From: Sphingobium sp.
GTDB lineage: Bacteria; Pseudomonadota; Alphaproteobacteria; Sphingomonadales; Sphingomonadaceae
Assembly: GCF_032153725.1 (NCBI RefSeq)
Contig: NZ_JALDYQ010000013.1
Location: forward strand, 9,686 to 73,685
Length of the DNA: 64,000 nucleotides
Direction of reading: 5' to 3'
Position 1 is the first letter of the stretch, and each line of letters begins with the position of its first letter. The notes beneath the pieces are model-generated. The model saw nothing but the letters and a program-made list of their open reading frames with translations, did no database searches and was not told the DNA's origin. The translations under genes were made by a program, and so were the position numbers. Shown one piece after another: positions 34,741-43,320 of this stretch.

Positions 34741-35898
34741 ATGAAACGCGCCGGGCGGATTTTGTTCGCAGCCACCGCCCTGCTGGTTGCCGCCTGTCAG
34801 TCGATCGTGCCCAAGGGGCCGGGTCCGGCGCAGCCGACCGGTCCCGCGCAGACCGGACCGGAAGTCACCGAAGGCCTGCCGACCGACACGCAGCGCCACC
34901 GCGTCGCGCTGCTGGTGCCGATGAGCGGCCCCAATGCGGGCGTGGGCCAGTCGATCGCCAATGCGACCACGCTGGCGCTGCTGGATACCAAGGCCGACAA
35001 GGTGCGGATCACCACCTATGATACCGGCATCGGCGCGGCCGCGGCGGCGAACAAGGCGCTGGCGGACGGCAACAAGCTGATCCTGGGACCCTTGCTGGCG
35101 GAGGATGCGCGGATCGTGGGGCCGATCGCGGCGCGCGCAAGCGTGCCTGTCATCAGCTTTTCCAATGATGTGAGCGTGGCCGGCAATGGCGTCTACATCA
35201 TGGGCTATAACCCCAACCAGTCGATCGAGCGCGTCGTGGCATTCGCCAGAGCCAAGGGACTGTCGCACTTCGCCGCGCTGGTGCCCAAGGGCACCTATGG
35301 CGAGCGGTCCGGCACCTCGCTGCTGCGCGCGGTGGAGGGCGCGGGCGGGACGGTCGTGTCGATGCAGACCTTCGACCGAACTGCGACGTCGATCACGGCG
35401 GCGGTCAGGAAATTGCAGGCCTCGTCCAGCTATGACGCCCTGCTGATCGCAGACAGCGGGCGCGTGGCGATGCAGGTCGCGCCGATCGTGCGGAAAAATG
35501 GCGGCGCTGCGGCGCGGCTGCTCGGCACGGAATTATGGAACACCGACAGCGCGATCGCATCCAGCCCGGTTCTGCGCGGCGCCTGGTTCGCCAGCGTGTC
35601 GGATGCCCTCTATCGCCAGCTCGCGACCAAATATCGGGCGCGTTACGGCAATGCGCCGTTCCGGCTGTCGGCGCTCGGCTATGATTCCGTGCTGCTGACC
35701 GTGCGGATCGCGCGCGACTGGAAGCCGGGCACGACCTTCCCGGCGGCGCGGCTGCGCGACGCGGGCGGCTTTGCCGGGATCGACGGGGCGTTCCGCTTTG
35801 GCCGCGACGGGATTGCCGAACGCGCGCTGGAGGTTTCGGAGATCGGGGCCGGGACGTTCGCGGTAGTGGCGCCGGCGCCTCGGGCCTTTGCGGAATAA
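34741..35898 (+). CDS. penicillin-binding-protein activator (LpoA/LppC-like periplasmic-binding-fold lipoprotein)
   Basis: ATG 34741, lipobox LVAA-C, type-1 PBP fold pattern. Divergent from rsmI, as in the enterobacterial rsmI/lpoA arrangement. Confidence 0.75.
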   Translation: MKRAGRILFAATALLVAACQSIVPKGPGPAQPTGPAQTGPEVTEGLPTDTQRHRVALLVPMSGPNAGVGQSIANATTLALLDTKADKVRITTYDTGIGAAAAANKALADGNKLILGPLLAEDARIVGPIAARASVPVISFSNDVSVAGNGVYIMGYNPNQSIERVVAFARAKGLSHFAALVPKGTYGERSGTSLLRAVEGAGGTVVSMQTFDRTATSITAAVRKLQASSSYDALLIADSGRVAMQVAPIVRKNGGAAARLLGTELWNTDSAIASSPVLRGAWFASVSDALYRQLATKYRARYGNAPFRLSALGYDSVLLTVRIARDWKPGTTFPAARLRDAGGFAGIDGAFRFGRDGIAERALEVSEIGAGTFAVVAPAPRAFAE

Positions 35899-35902
35899 TC
35901 CT

Positions 35903-35932
35903 CCGTCATCCCCGCGGAGGCGGGAACGACGG
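35903..35932. repeat. short GC hairpin unit (family C) between convergent genes
   Basis: CCGTC-ATCCCCGC-ggag-GCGGGAA-CGACGG. A related unit (GTTCCCGC...GCGGGAAC) lies at 45993-46023. Confidence 0.5.
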
Positions 35933-35941
35933 TAGAGGGTT

Positions 35942-36721
35942 TCAGGGCTTGATTCGCCCCATCGGCAGGATCAGCGGCCAGTCGCGATCCGCGTCGATAC
36001 AGGCGCTGATCCCATAAACGCTGGCGAGGCTCGCCTCCGTCAGCACCTTCAGCGGCGCGCCATCCGCCACCAGCGCGCCGCGATCCATCAGAACCAGCCG
36101 GTCGCAATAGCGCGCCGCCATGCCGAGATCGTGCAGCACGGTGACGACCAGCGATCCCGCCCGCGCTTCGGCTTTGAGCAGGTCCATCACATCGATCTGA
36201 TGCCCCGGATCAAGCGCGGCCAGCGGCTCGTCCGCGATCAGTGCAGGGGCGCCAACCGCCAGAGCGCGGGCGAGCAGGACGCGGGCACGCTCCCCGCCGG
36301 AGAGTTCGGTCGCCACCCTGCCCTTCAGATGCAGCACATCGGCGCGGGTGAGCGCAGCATCGACCTGCGCCTCATCCCCTGCCGAGAGCCGCGAGAGCGG
36401 CCCCAGATGCGGCATCCGGCCCAACGCCACCAGCCGCTCGACCGCCAACGGCCAATGCAGGGTCTGGCCTTGCGGCAGATAGGCGATGCGCCTGGCGATC
36501 TCCCGCCGGCCCAGGTGGCTGATGTCGGCGCCGTCGAGCAGCACGGTGCCGCTTTCGCGTTTCACAAGGCCCAGCAGGGCGCGGATCAGCGTGGACTTGC
36601 CTGCGCCATTGGGGCCAATGATGCCGACGAGTTGGCCCGGCTCCAGATCAAGGTCGATGCCGTTCACCGCCGGATGGCGACCCAGGCGGACGGACAGCCC
36701 CTGCGCGCGGATCGTCACCAT
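35942..36721 (-). CDS. btuD: iron-siderophore/cobalamin-type ABC transporter ATP-binding protein
   Basis: C-terminal 259 aa of track ORF 35942-37840. ATG 36721. Walker A GPNGAGKST, LSGGERARV signature. The B12 assignment is inferred from locus context. Confidence 0.85.
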   Translation of the reverse strand: MVTIRAQGLSVRLGRHPAVNGIDLDLEPGQLVGIIGPNGAGKSTLIRALLGLVKRESGTVLLDGADISHLGRREIARRIAYLPQGQTLHWPLAVERLVALGRMPHLGPLSRLSAGDEAQVDAALTRADVLHLKGRVATELSGGERARVLLARALAVGAPALIADEPLAALDPGHQIDVMDLLKAEARAGSLVVTVLHDLGMAARYCDRLVLMDRGALVADGAPLKVLTEASLASVYGISACIDADRDWPLILPMGRIKP

Positions 36722-37710
36722 AGCCGCCGCTCCCGCATCAGATGGATCAGGAAGACGGGCACGCCGAGCAGGGCCGTCAGCACCCCCAGCTTGAGTTCGC
36801 TGCCGGTCGGGATCAGGCGCACGCCGATATCCGCCAGCGTCAGCAAAACCGCGCCGCCCAGCATCGAAGGCAAGAGGATCGCAGAGGGCGAGCGGTCGGT
36901 GAGCGGCCGCACCAGATGCGGCACGATCAGGCCGACGAAGCCGATCGCGCCCGACACCGCGACCGCTCCACCCACGCCAATGGCGACGCCGAGCATCAGG
37001 CGGAGGCGGGCTTTTCCGAGGTCGATGCCGAGCGCCTGCGCGCCATCCTCGCCCAGGGTCAGCGCGTCGAGCGTCCGGCCATCGGCCATCAGCAGCACCG
37101 CGCCGACCGCCACGCAGGGAAGCGCGATCCAGACATGACCATAGGCGCGGTTTTCCAGGCTTCCCATCAGCCAGCTCATGATCTCCATCGCCGCGAAGGG
37201 ATTGGGCGAAAGATTGAGCGACAGGCTGATCCCCGCCCCCGCCAGCGTGGCGATGGCAATGCCGGCAAGGATCAGGGTGAGCGGGCTTTCCGCCGGCCCG
37301 GCCAGCAGGAACAGCGCGCCGATGCCGATCAGGCTGGTCAATATGGCCAGCGCCGGGAGGGCGAGCGGGTGCATTTGCGCAAGGCCGAAATAGAGCGCGC
37401 AGACCGCGCCAAGGGCCGCGGCATTGGAAGCGCCCAGCACGGAGGGTTCGGCCAGCGGATTGCGCAGATAGCCTTGCAGCGCCGCGCCCGACAGGCCGAG
37501 CATCGCGCCGACGATCAGGCCAAGCAGCATGCGGGGCAGGCGCAGGTCGATGAGGATGGCGCGCGCGACATCGTCGCCTCCGCCCGTCAGGACTGCAAGG
37601 ATGCGCGCGGGGGAGAGCGGCACGGCGCCGAGAGTGACGGAACCGAAGGCGGCGAGCAGGATCGATGCGATCAGCACGGGGATCAGCATGGGGTGACGGC
37701 GAGCGCTCAT
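36715..37710 (-). CDS. btuC: FecCD-family ABC transporter permease
   Basis: 331 aa, about 9-10 TM segments, LIDLRLPRML and GAIGFVGLIVPH motifs. 7-nt overlap with the ATPase gene. Confidence 0.88.
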   Translation of the reverse strand: MSARRHPMLIPVLIASILLAAFGSVTLGAVPLSPARILAVLTGGGDDVARAILIDLRLPRMLLGLIVGAMLGLSGAALQGYLRNPLAEPSVLGASNAAALGAVCALYFGLAQMHPLALPALAILTSLIGIGALFLLAGPAESPLTLILAGIAIATLAGAGISLSLNLSPNPFAAMEIMSWLMGSLENRAYGHVWIALPCVAVGAVLLMADGRTLDALTLGEDGAQALGIDLGKARLRLMLGVAIGVGGAVAVSGAIGFVGLIVPHLVRPLTDRSPSAILLPSMLGGAVLLTLADIGVRLIPTGSELKLGVLTALLGVPVFLIHLMRERRLW

Positions 37711-37748
37711 GGCTTGCGTCCCTGCGCGCGCTTGCTAAGGCCGGTGCC

Positions 37749-38624
37749 ATGCAAGGCAAGGCGATCCTGGCGATATTCTCTGTGCTGGCGCTGACCGGCG
37801 CTGCGCCCGTTCCGCCGAAGAAGATCGTTTCGCTCAACACCTGCGCCGATCAATATGTGCTGGCGCTGGCCGATCCGGGACAGATCGCGGCGCTCAGCCC
37901 CTATGGGCATGATCCGGAACTGTCGGCGGCAGTGGGCAAGGCGCGGGGCTTCAGGACGCTCAAGCGACCCGGCGAGGAAGTGCTGGCGATCCGGCCCGAC
38001 CTGCTGCTCGGCTTTCCTTCCGGGGACAGCGTTGTGGGGGCGCCTCCGGGGCGATCCGGGACTTTGGGGCTGGCAAGCGCGGACGGCTATCCCATGATCC
38101 TGACGCAGATCCGGCAGGTGGCAGCGGCGGTGGGGCATCCCGAACGGGGCGAGGCGCTGATCGCGCGCATGAACCGGGATCTGGCCGCCCTGCCCCGGCC
38201 AAGGCGCGGCGGGGTCGCGGCCTATTATCAGCGGCGCGGCTATATGACCGGGACGGGCACGCTGGTCGATGATCTGATGAAGCGCGCGGGGCTCGTCAAT
38301 CTGGCGGGGAAGCTGGGCAAGCCCGCCCTCTCGCAGCTTTCGCTGGAGGAGATGGTCGCCGCCCGGCCCGACTGGCTGATCGTCGAGAGCGGCAGCGAGA
38401 AGGTGGTCGATCAGGGGACGGAGATGCTGCACCATCCGATCCTGCGCGCGATTCCGCGCATCCGCGTGCCGCAGGCATGGACGGTGTGCGGCGGCCCCGC
38501 TTATGTCGAGGCCGCACGCAATATCGTGGCGCAGCTTGACGGCGCCGCGCGCAAAAGCGGGGCGCAGCTTGACGGCCGCGCGCGCAAAAGCGTGGCGCGG
38601 GTCACAGCCGCGCCACGCCGGTAA
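37749..38624 (+). CDS. btuF: class-8 periplasmic substrate-binding protein (BtuF-like)
   Basis: ATG 37749 (MQGKAILAIFSVLALTGAA signal peptide). KKIVSLNTCADQYVLAL pattern. The C-terminal 23 codons lie in a tandem repeat, so the true end is uncertain. Confidence 0.8.
   Translation: MQGKAILAIFSVLALTGAAPVPPKKIVSLNTCADQYVLALADPGQIAALSPYGHDPELSAAVGKARGFRTLKRPGEEVLAIRPDLLLGFPSGDSVVGAPPGRSGTLGLASADGYPMILTQIRQVAAAVGHPERGEALIARMNRDLAALPRPRRGGVAAYYQRRGYMTGTGTLVDDLMKRAGLVNLAGKLGKPALSQLSLEEMVAARPDWLIVESGSEKVVDQGTEMLHHPILRAIPRIRVPQAWTVCGGPAYVEAARNIVAQLDGAARKSGAQLDGRARKSVARVTAAPRR
38528..38598 (+). repeat. 33-nt tandem repeat, 2.2 copies, in frame at the 3' end of btuF
   Basis: GGCGCAGCTTGACGGCGCCGCGCGCAAAAGCGG / GGCGCAGCTTGACGGCCGCGCGCGCAAAAGCGT / GGCGC. 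Encodes AQLDGAARKSG-AQLDGRARKSV. Followed by hairpin GCGTGGCGCGG-gtcacag-CCGCGCCACGC (38590-38618). Confidence 0.85.
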
Positions 38625-38631
38625 GCGTTGA

Positions 38632-40449
38632 TCAGAAGCGGACACGCACGCCACCAAAGGCCGAGCGGCCATAGGTGCCATAGCCATAGACGGTGGCGTA
38701 TCCCTCATCGGTGAGATTGTCGATGCGGCCGTAGATTTCGAGATTCTCCATGACGGGCAAGGATGCCCGCACCCCCAGCAGCGCATAGCCGTCGAGCCGC
38801 ACCGTGTTGGTCGCGTCGTTGAAGCTGTCGCCCACCATGGTCAGCGTCGCGCCGGTCGACAGGCGGAAGGGCCAGACATAATCCGCCGACACGCTCACCG
38901 CATTGGCCGCGCGGCGCGGCAGGCGGGCGTCGGTATTGCGGTCGCGCGCGTCGACATAGCTATAGGCGGCGGTGACGGTCAGCGCGTCGACGGGCTTCAG
39001 CGTCAGCATCGCCTCCACCCCCTTGGCGCGGGTGCGGTCGAGATTGCCGTAAAGCGAGGTCGCATAGTCGAAATCGAGCTGGTTGCGGGTGTCGCGCAGG
39101 AAGGCCGTCAGCGAGAGCATCACCCGATTGCCGTCCAGATTCTGGTCGAAGCCGATATCATAGCTTTTCGAGGTTTCGGGCTTGAGCGCGCTGTTGCCGC
39201 TGAAGCTGTCGTAAAGCTGGTAGAGCGAGGGCGCTTTGAACCCCTCGCCATAGCTGGCGCGGAAATTGGTCGCGCCGCCATTGGGGGTGTAGTTGGCGTT
39301 GGCGCCGAAGGTCGTCGCCCCGCCGAACTGGCTGTGATCGTCATGGCGCACGCCGCCGGTGAGGGACAGGCCGGTGAATGGCTTCACCACGGCAAGGGCG
39401 TAGACGCTGTCGATATTCGCCTTGTGGCTTTCGACCGATCCGAAGCCGGCGAATTCATAGTTCGGCCGTTCATGCTCATAACCGAAGACCAGCTTCGCCT
39501 GATCGACCGGCTGATAGACGCCCTCATATTCGAAGCGCAGATTGGTGCCCGAATAGCCATAGGGGCCGAAATCGGACGTATAGTCGCGATCGTTGCGGAA
39601 CCAGGTGACGGCCGCGCGGCTGGTCAGCCTGCCGTCGAACAAAGCGAGGTTCAGCCCCGCATAGCCGATATATTGGTCGAGCTTGCTGCTGTCCCCCGTG
39701 TCCATCGGCGCGCCGAAGAAGATGTCGGTAGCGAGATCGGCATGGATATAATAGCCGCGCAGGTCAAGGCTGAGCGCATCGGTGAAGGCAAGCTTCAGCT
39801 TGGCGTTGGTCGCGATATTCTTGTAGCCGTCCTTTTCCGTGCCATTGGCGGCGGCGGAAATGCCGTCGGTGTTCAGCCAGGCGACGCCCACCCCGCCCGA
39901 CGCCATGCCCGCCGTGCCGGAAATATCGGCCTTGGCGTTCAGCGTATCGGCATAGCCATAATCGACCGAGGCGTTGCCGCCGAAACCTTCAGAGGGCGTG
40001 CCGGTCATGATGTTGACCACGCCGCCGATCGCCTGGCTGCCATAAACCACCGAGTTGGAGCCGCGCAGCACCTCGATCCGGCGGATATTGCCGGTCAGCA
40101 GGTTGCCGAAGTCATAGGCATCGCCGATGCCGCTCGGATCATTGACCTTGACCCCGTCGATCAGCACCAGCGTCTGGGTCGTTTCCGCGCCGCGCAGCGA
40201 GATGCCGGTGACGCCGCCGACCGCGTCGGCACGGTTGAAGCGAACCCCCGGCGTCGTGGCCAGCAGATCGGTGACGCTGACGCTCTGGCGGGCGCGGATG
40301 GTGTCGGCGTCGATGACGGTGACGGCCTGCCCGACTTCGTCGCGGGGCTGTTCGATGCCCAGCGCGGTGACGATGATCTCGTCATTCTCCTGCGCCAGAA
40401 CCGGCGTGGCCGCGAGCAGAGCCGCGAGAGAGATGGTGGTTTTCAACAT
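38632..40449 (-). CDS. btuB: TonB-dependent vitamin B12 receptor
   Basis: Track ORF trimmed to ATG 40449 (MLKTTISLAALLAATPVLAQ signal peptide). TonB box DEIIVTA, plug and barrel patterns, terminal F. Cobalamin riboswitch in the 5' leader. Confidence 0.88.
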   Translation of the reverse strand: MLKTTISLAALLAATPVLAQENDEIIVTALGIEQPRDEVGQAVTVIDADTIRARQSVSVTDLLATTPGVRFNRADAVGGVTGISLRGAETTQTLVLIDGVKVNDPSGIGDAYDFGNLLTGNIRRIEVLRGSNSVVYGSQAIGGVVNIMTGTPSEGFGGNASVDYGYADTLNAKADISGTAGMASGGVGVAWLNTDGISAAANGTEKDGYKNIATNAKLKLAFTDALSLDLRGYYIHADLATDIFFGAPMDTGDSSKLDQYIGYAGLNLALFDGRLTSRAAVTWFRNDRDYTSDFGPYGYSGTNLRFEYEGVYQPVDQAKLVFGYEHERPNYEFAGFGSVESHKANIDSVYALAVVKPFTGLSLTGGVRHDDHSQFGGATTFGANANYTPNGGATNFRASYGEGFKAPSLYQLYDSFSGNSALKPETSKSYDIGFDQNLDGNRVMLSLTAFLRDTRNQLDFDYATSLYGNLDRTRAKGVEAMLTLKPVDALTVTAAYSYVDARDRNTDARLPRRAANAVSVSADYVWPFRLSTGATLTMVGDSFNDATNTVRLDGYALLGVRASLPVMENLEIYGRIDNLTDEGYATVYGYGTYGRSAFGGVRVRF

Positions 40450-40635
40450 TATATCTGTTTCCCCGGGCGTCGCTGCGACTTGATGGCTCAGGGCGTCCGC
40501 TTTGCGCGGTCGGGACAGGGGGAAGTCGACGCCAGCGCCCTCCCCTGCACCGATGCGGCCCTGTGCCGCTGCGTCGCTCAGACGGAAAACACCGTGCCTC
40601 GGCCAACCCCTGGACCCAAGGCAAGAGCGACCATA

Positions 40636-40822
40636 CGCCGGCAGGTCTCCTGGCTCGCGGGTCAATGCGGCGATGCACGCCTTCCCGGGCCTGTCGCCCA
40701 GTGGCGGGTCCGTAGACCCAGGTGCATCGCGCTCACCGCTTACAGTTGCAGGGACAGCTGCGGAATTGGACGGCTGCCCGTCCGCACCGCATTCCCGTTT
40801 TCAGCCCTTTCGGGCACCGGCG
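40636..40822 (-). promoter_or_regulatory. cobalamin (B12) riboswitch aptamer in the btuB leader
   Basis: The minus strand reads ...AAACGGGAAUGCGGUG...AAUUCCGCAGCUGUCCCUGCAACUGUAAGCGGUGAGC...CCACUGGGCGACAGGCCCGGGAAGGCG...GAGCCAGGAGACCUGCCGGCG. B12 box AGCCAGGAGACCUGCC lies within 40637-40655. P1 pairs CGCCGG (40817-40822) with CCGGCG (40636-40641). Confidence 0.85.
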
Positions 40823-40916
40823 CGATCTTCTTTGCGCGCAAGGATTTGTCCCCGCCCGCGCCGCGCGCCATAAGGGAAAGGAGCAGCCATGCCAAGAGGA
40901 GCCGCCAAGGAACCCT

Positions 40917-41906
40917 ATGTCCGACATTTTCGCCATTACCGCCGCCGATGTCGAAGAGGCCGCCCGGGTCATCGCCCCGGCGGCAGTGCGCACGCCGCTG
41001 CTGGAAAATGCCCTGTTGAACGAGCGTTGCGGACAGCGGGTGCTGGTGAAGTTCGAGGGCGCGCAGCATGGCGGGTCGTTCAAGTTCCGCGGAGCATACA
41101 ACCGGCTGGCGCGCTTGAATGCGGATGAACGCAAGGCGGGGGTCGTGGCCTGGTCCTCAGGCAATCATGCGCAGGGCGTGGCCTTTGCCGCGCGGCTGCT
41201 GGGGATAGCGGCGACGATCGTGATGCCGGCCGATGCGCCCGCGATCAAGACGGCCAATACGCGGGCCCTGGGTGCCGACGTGGTGGCCTATGACCGCTTC
41301 ACCGAAAACCGGGAGGAGATCGCGACAAGGCTGGCGACCGCGCGCGGAGCGGTGTTGGTGCCGTCCTTCGACGATCCGTTCATCATGGCGGGGCAAGGGA
41401 CGATCGGGCTGGAGATATTGCAGCAGGCGGACGAGTTGGGCGCGCGGGTGGGACAGATCCTCGTCAATTGCGGCGGTGGCGGCATGGCGTCGGGAATCGC
41501 GACGGCGGTGAAGGCGCGGCGGCCTGATATGGCGATCTATGCGGTAGAGCCGGAAGGGTTTGACGATACGGCGCGGTCGCTGGCGAGCGGGGTGCGGGAG
41601 AGCGTTTCACCCGATGCACGGTCGATCTGCGATGCGCTGCTCTCGCCGTCGCCGGGGGTTTTGACCTTTCCGGTCAATCGGGCGCTGCTGGCGGGCGGAT
41701 TGGTGGTAAGCGACGTGTCGGTGCGCGAGGCGATGCGCTTTGCCTTTTCGGCGTTGAAGCTGGTGGTGGAGCCGGGCGGCGCGGCGGCTTTGGCGGCAAT
41801 GCTGGCAGGATTGGCTCCGGGGGCAGAGGGCGCGAGCGTGGTGGTGATCTCGGGGAGCAATGTCGATCCGGACGCCTATGCGCGGATCATTGCGGGAGGG
41901 GCATGA
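40917..41906 (+). CDS. PLP-dependent threonine/serine dehydratase family protein
   Basis: ATG 40917 behind AAGGAA. GGSFKFRGA PLP-lysine motif, SSGNHAQGVA, GGGGMASG loop. 329 aa. Confidence 0.85.
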   Translation: MSDIFAITAADVEEAARVIAPAAVRTPLLENALLNERCGQRVLVKFEGAQHGGSFKFRGAYNRLARLNADERKAGVVAWSSGNHAQGVAFAARLLGIAATIVMPADAPAIKTANTRALGADVVAYDRFTENREEIATRLATARGAVLVPSFDDPFIMAGQGTIGLEILQQADELGARVGQILVNCGGGGMASGIATAVKARRPDMAIYAVEPEGFDDTARSLASGVRESVSPDARSICDALLSPSPGVLTFPVNRALLAGGLVVSDVSVREAMRFAFSALKLVVEPGGAAALAAMLAGLAPGAEGASVVVISGSNVDPDAYARIIAGGA

Positions 41907-42433
41907 TGCGGTTGCTGGGAGCGGTGCTGGCGGGGGGCAGGTCCAGCCGCTTCGGAAGCGACAAGGCATTGGCGATGCTCGATGGGCGGAGCCTGCTGGA
42001 CCATGCGGCGGCGGCGCTGGGCCGCCATGTCGAGGCGATTGTGGTTTGCGGACGGCAGGTGGACGGGATGATCGGGCTGGCGGACCGGCCGGCGGCGGAT
42101 ATGGGGCCGCTGGGCGGGCTGAATGCGGCGCTGCATCATGCGGCGGCACAGGGTTTCGACGCGGTCCTGACGACCGGATGCGATGTGCCGGTCTATCCCG
42201 ATGGGCTGGCGGAGGCGCTGGTGGGGGATGGCGCGGCGATCCTGAAGGGCCAGCAACTGGCGGGGTTCTGGCCAGTTGGATTGGCGAGCGAACTGGACGC
42301 GCATCTGGCCGAGGAGAATAACCGGTCGATCCATGGCTGGCTGGAGCGGATCGGCGCGCGGATCGTCGAACGGCCGGAATTTGTGTTGCCCAATATCAAC
42401 CGGCCGGAGGATTTGGAGAGATTGAAAATATAG
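41903..42433 (+). CDS. mobA: molybdenum cofactor guanylyltransferase
   Basis: 176 aa. LAGGRSSRFGSDKAL N-terminal motif and GPLGGL. ATGA overlap with the preceding gene. Confidence 0.88.
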   Translation: MMRLLGAVLAGGRSSRFGSDKALAMLDGRSLLDHAAAALGRHVEAIVVCGRQVDGMIGLADRPAADMGPLGGLNAALHHAAAQGFDAVLTTGCDVPVYPDGLAEALVGDGAAILKGQQLAGFWPVGLASELDAHLAEENNRSIHGWLERIGARIVERPEFVLPNINRPEDLERLKI

Positions 42434-42439
42434 TGTCCC

Positions 42440-42525
42440 GTGCTCCTGCGACCCGAAGGGCGGCGTAAGGCAACGTAGGAGTCCAGTTCAGAGGCGGGAC
42501 TGGACTCCTGCCTTCGCAGGAGCAC
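42440..42525. repeat. MITE/REP-like 86-bp element (family B, copy 2)
   Basis: GTGCTCCTGCG ... AGGAGTCCAGT-tcagaggcggg-ACTGGACTCCT ... CGCAGGAGCAC. 11-bp terminal inverted repeats plus an 11-bp internal stem. Confidence 0.7.
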
Positions 42526-42537
42526 GTGGCTTTGTAG

Positions 42538-43320
42538 TCAGGCCGTCAGCGCGACGCTTGCCGCCACTTCCGCCGGGACACAGGTGCCCGCCACCGCTTC
42601 ACCGATCATCAGCAAGGTCGGGTCTTCGTCGCTGATCGTCCGCACCAGAAAGGCCAGCGCGGACAGCTTACCCCGGATCAGCCGTTCATTGGGCAATGAC
42701 ACGTTCACCGCCACCATCACCGGCGTTTCCGGGTCACGCCCGGCAGCGATCAGCGAGCGGCTGATCTCGCCCGCCGCCGCGCGCCCCATATAGATGCCAA
42801 GCGTGCCGCCGGGCCGCGCCAGCATTTCCCAGTCGAGCTTCAGCGGTTCGCCTGCCTTGAGATGCGCCGTCACCAGCGTCAGCCCCCGCGCCACGCCGCG
42901 CAGGGTGAGCGAGGCGCTGCCGCTTGCCGCCGCAGCGCTGGCCGTGGTGATACCGGGGCAGATGCGGAAGGAAATGCCGTCCGCCGCCAGATGCTCCATT
43001 TCCTCTGCCGAACGGCCGAAGACCGAGGGGTCGCCTCCCTTCAGGCGCACGACGCGCTTGCCCGCCTTCGCCGCCGCCAGCAGCAGGTCATTGATGCTTT
43101 CCTGCGCCTTGCTATGGCGGCCGGAGCGCTTGCCGACGCTGACCCGCTCCACGCCTTCCGGGATCAGGTCGAGTACGCCCGGTCCCACCAGCGCGTCGTA
43201 GAAGACGATCTCCGCCGCCCCGATCAGCTTTTCCGCCTTGCGGGTCAGCAGGTCCGGGTCGCCGGGACCTGCGCCGACCAGCCAGACCTGTCCGGGGGCG
43301 ATAAGCTCATTCGGCTGCAT
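42538..43320 (-). CDS. cobA: uroporphyrinogen-III C-methyltransferase
   Basis: Track ORF trimmed to ATG 43320. VWLVGAGPGDPDLLTRKA SAM motif, 260 aa. 14-nt overlap with the nasA 3' end. Confidence 0.92.
   Translation of the reverse strand: MQPNELIAPGQVWLVGAGPGDPDLLTRKAEKLIGAAEIVFYDALVGPGVLDLIPEGVERVSVGKRSGRHSKAQESINDLLLAAAKAGKRVVRLKGGDPSVFGRSAEEMEHLAADGISFRICPGITTASAAAASGSASLTLRGVARGLTLVTAHLKAGEPLKLDWEMLARPGGTLGIYMGRAAAGEISRSLIAAGRDPETPVMVAVNVSLPNERLIRGKLSALAFLVRTISDEDPTLLMIGEAVAGTCVPAEVAASVALTA

Noticed and set aside
35942-37840. 632-aa minus-strand ORF reported as a single frame
   Set aside because: Only its last 259 aa (from ATG 36721) form the ABC ATPase. The upstream part is an out-of-frame read through btuC, whose real frame is the 36715-37710 ORF.
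39334-41019. 561-aa plus-strand ORF
   Set aside because: Antisense to btuB, and it runs through the riboswitch. Low-complexity Arg/Ala/Gly-rich translation.
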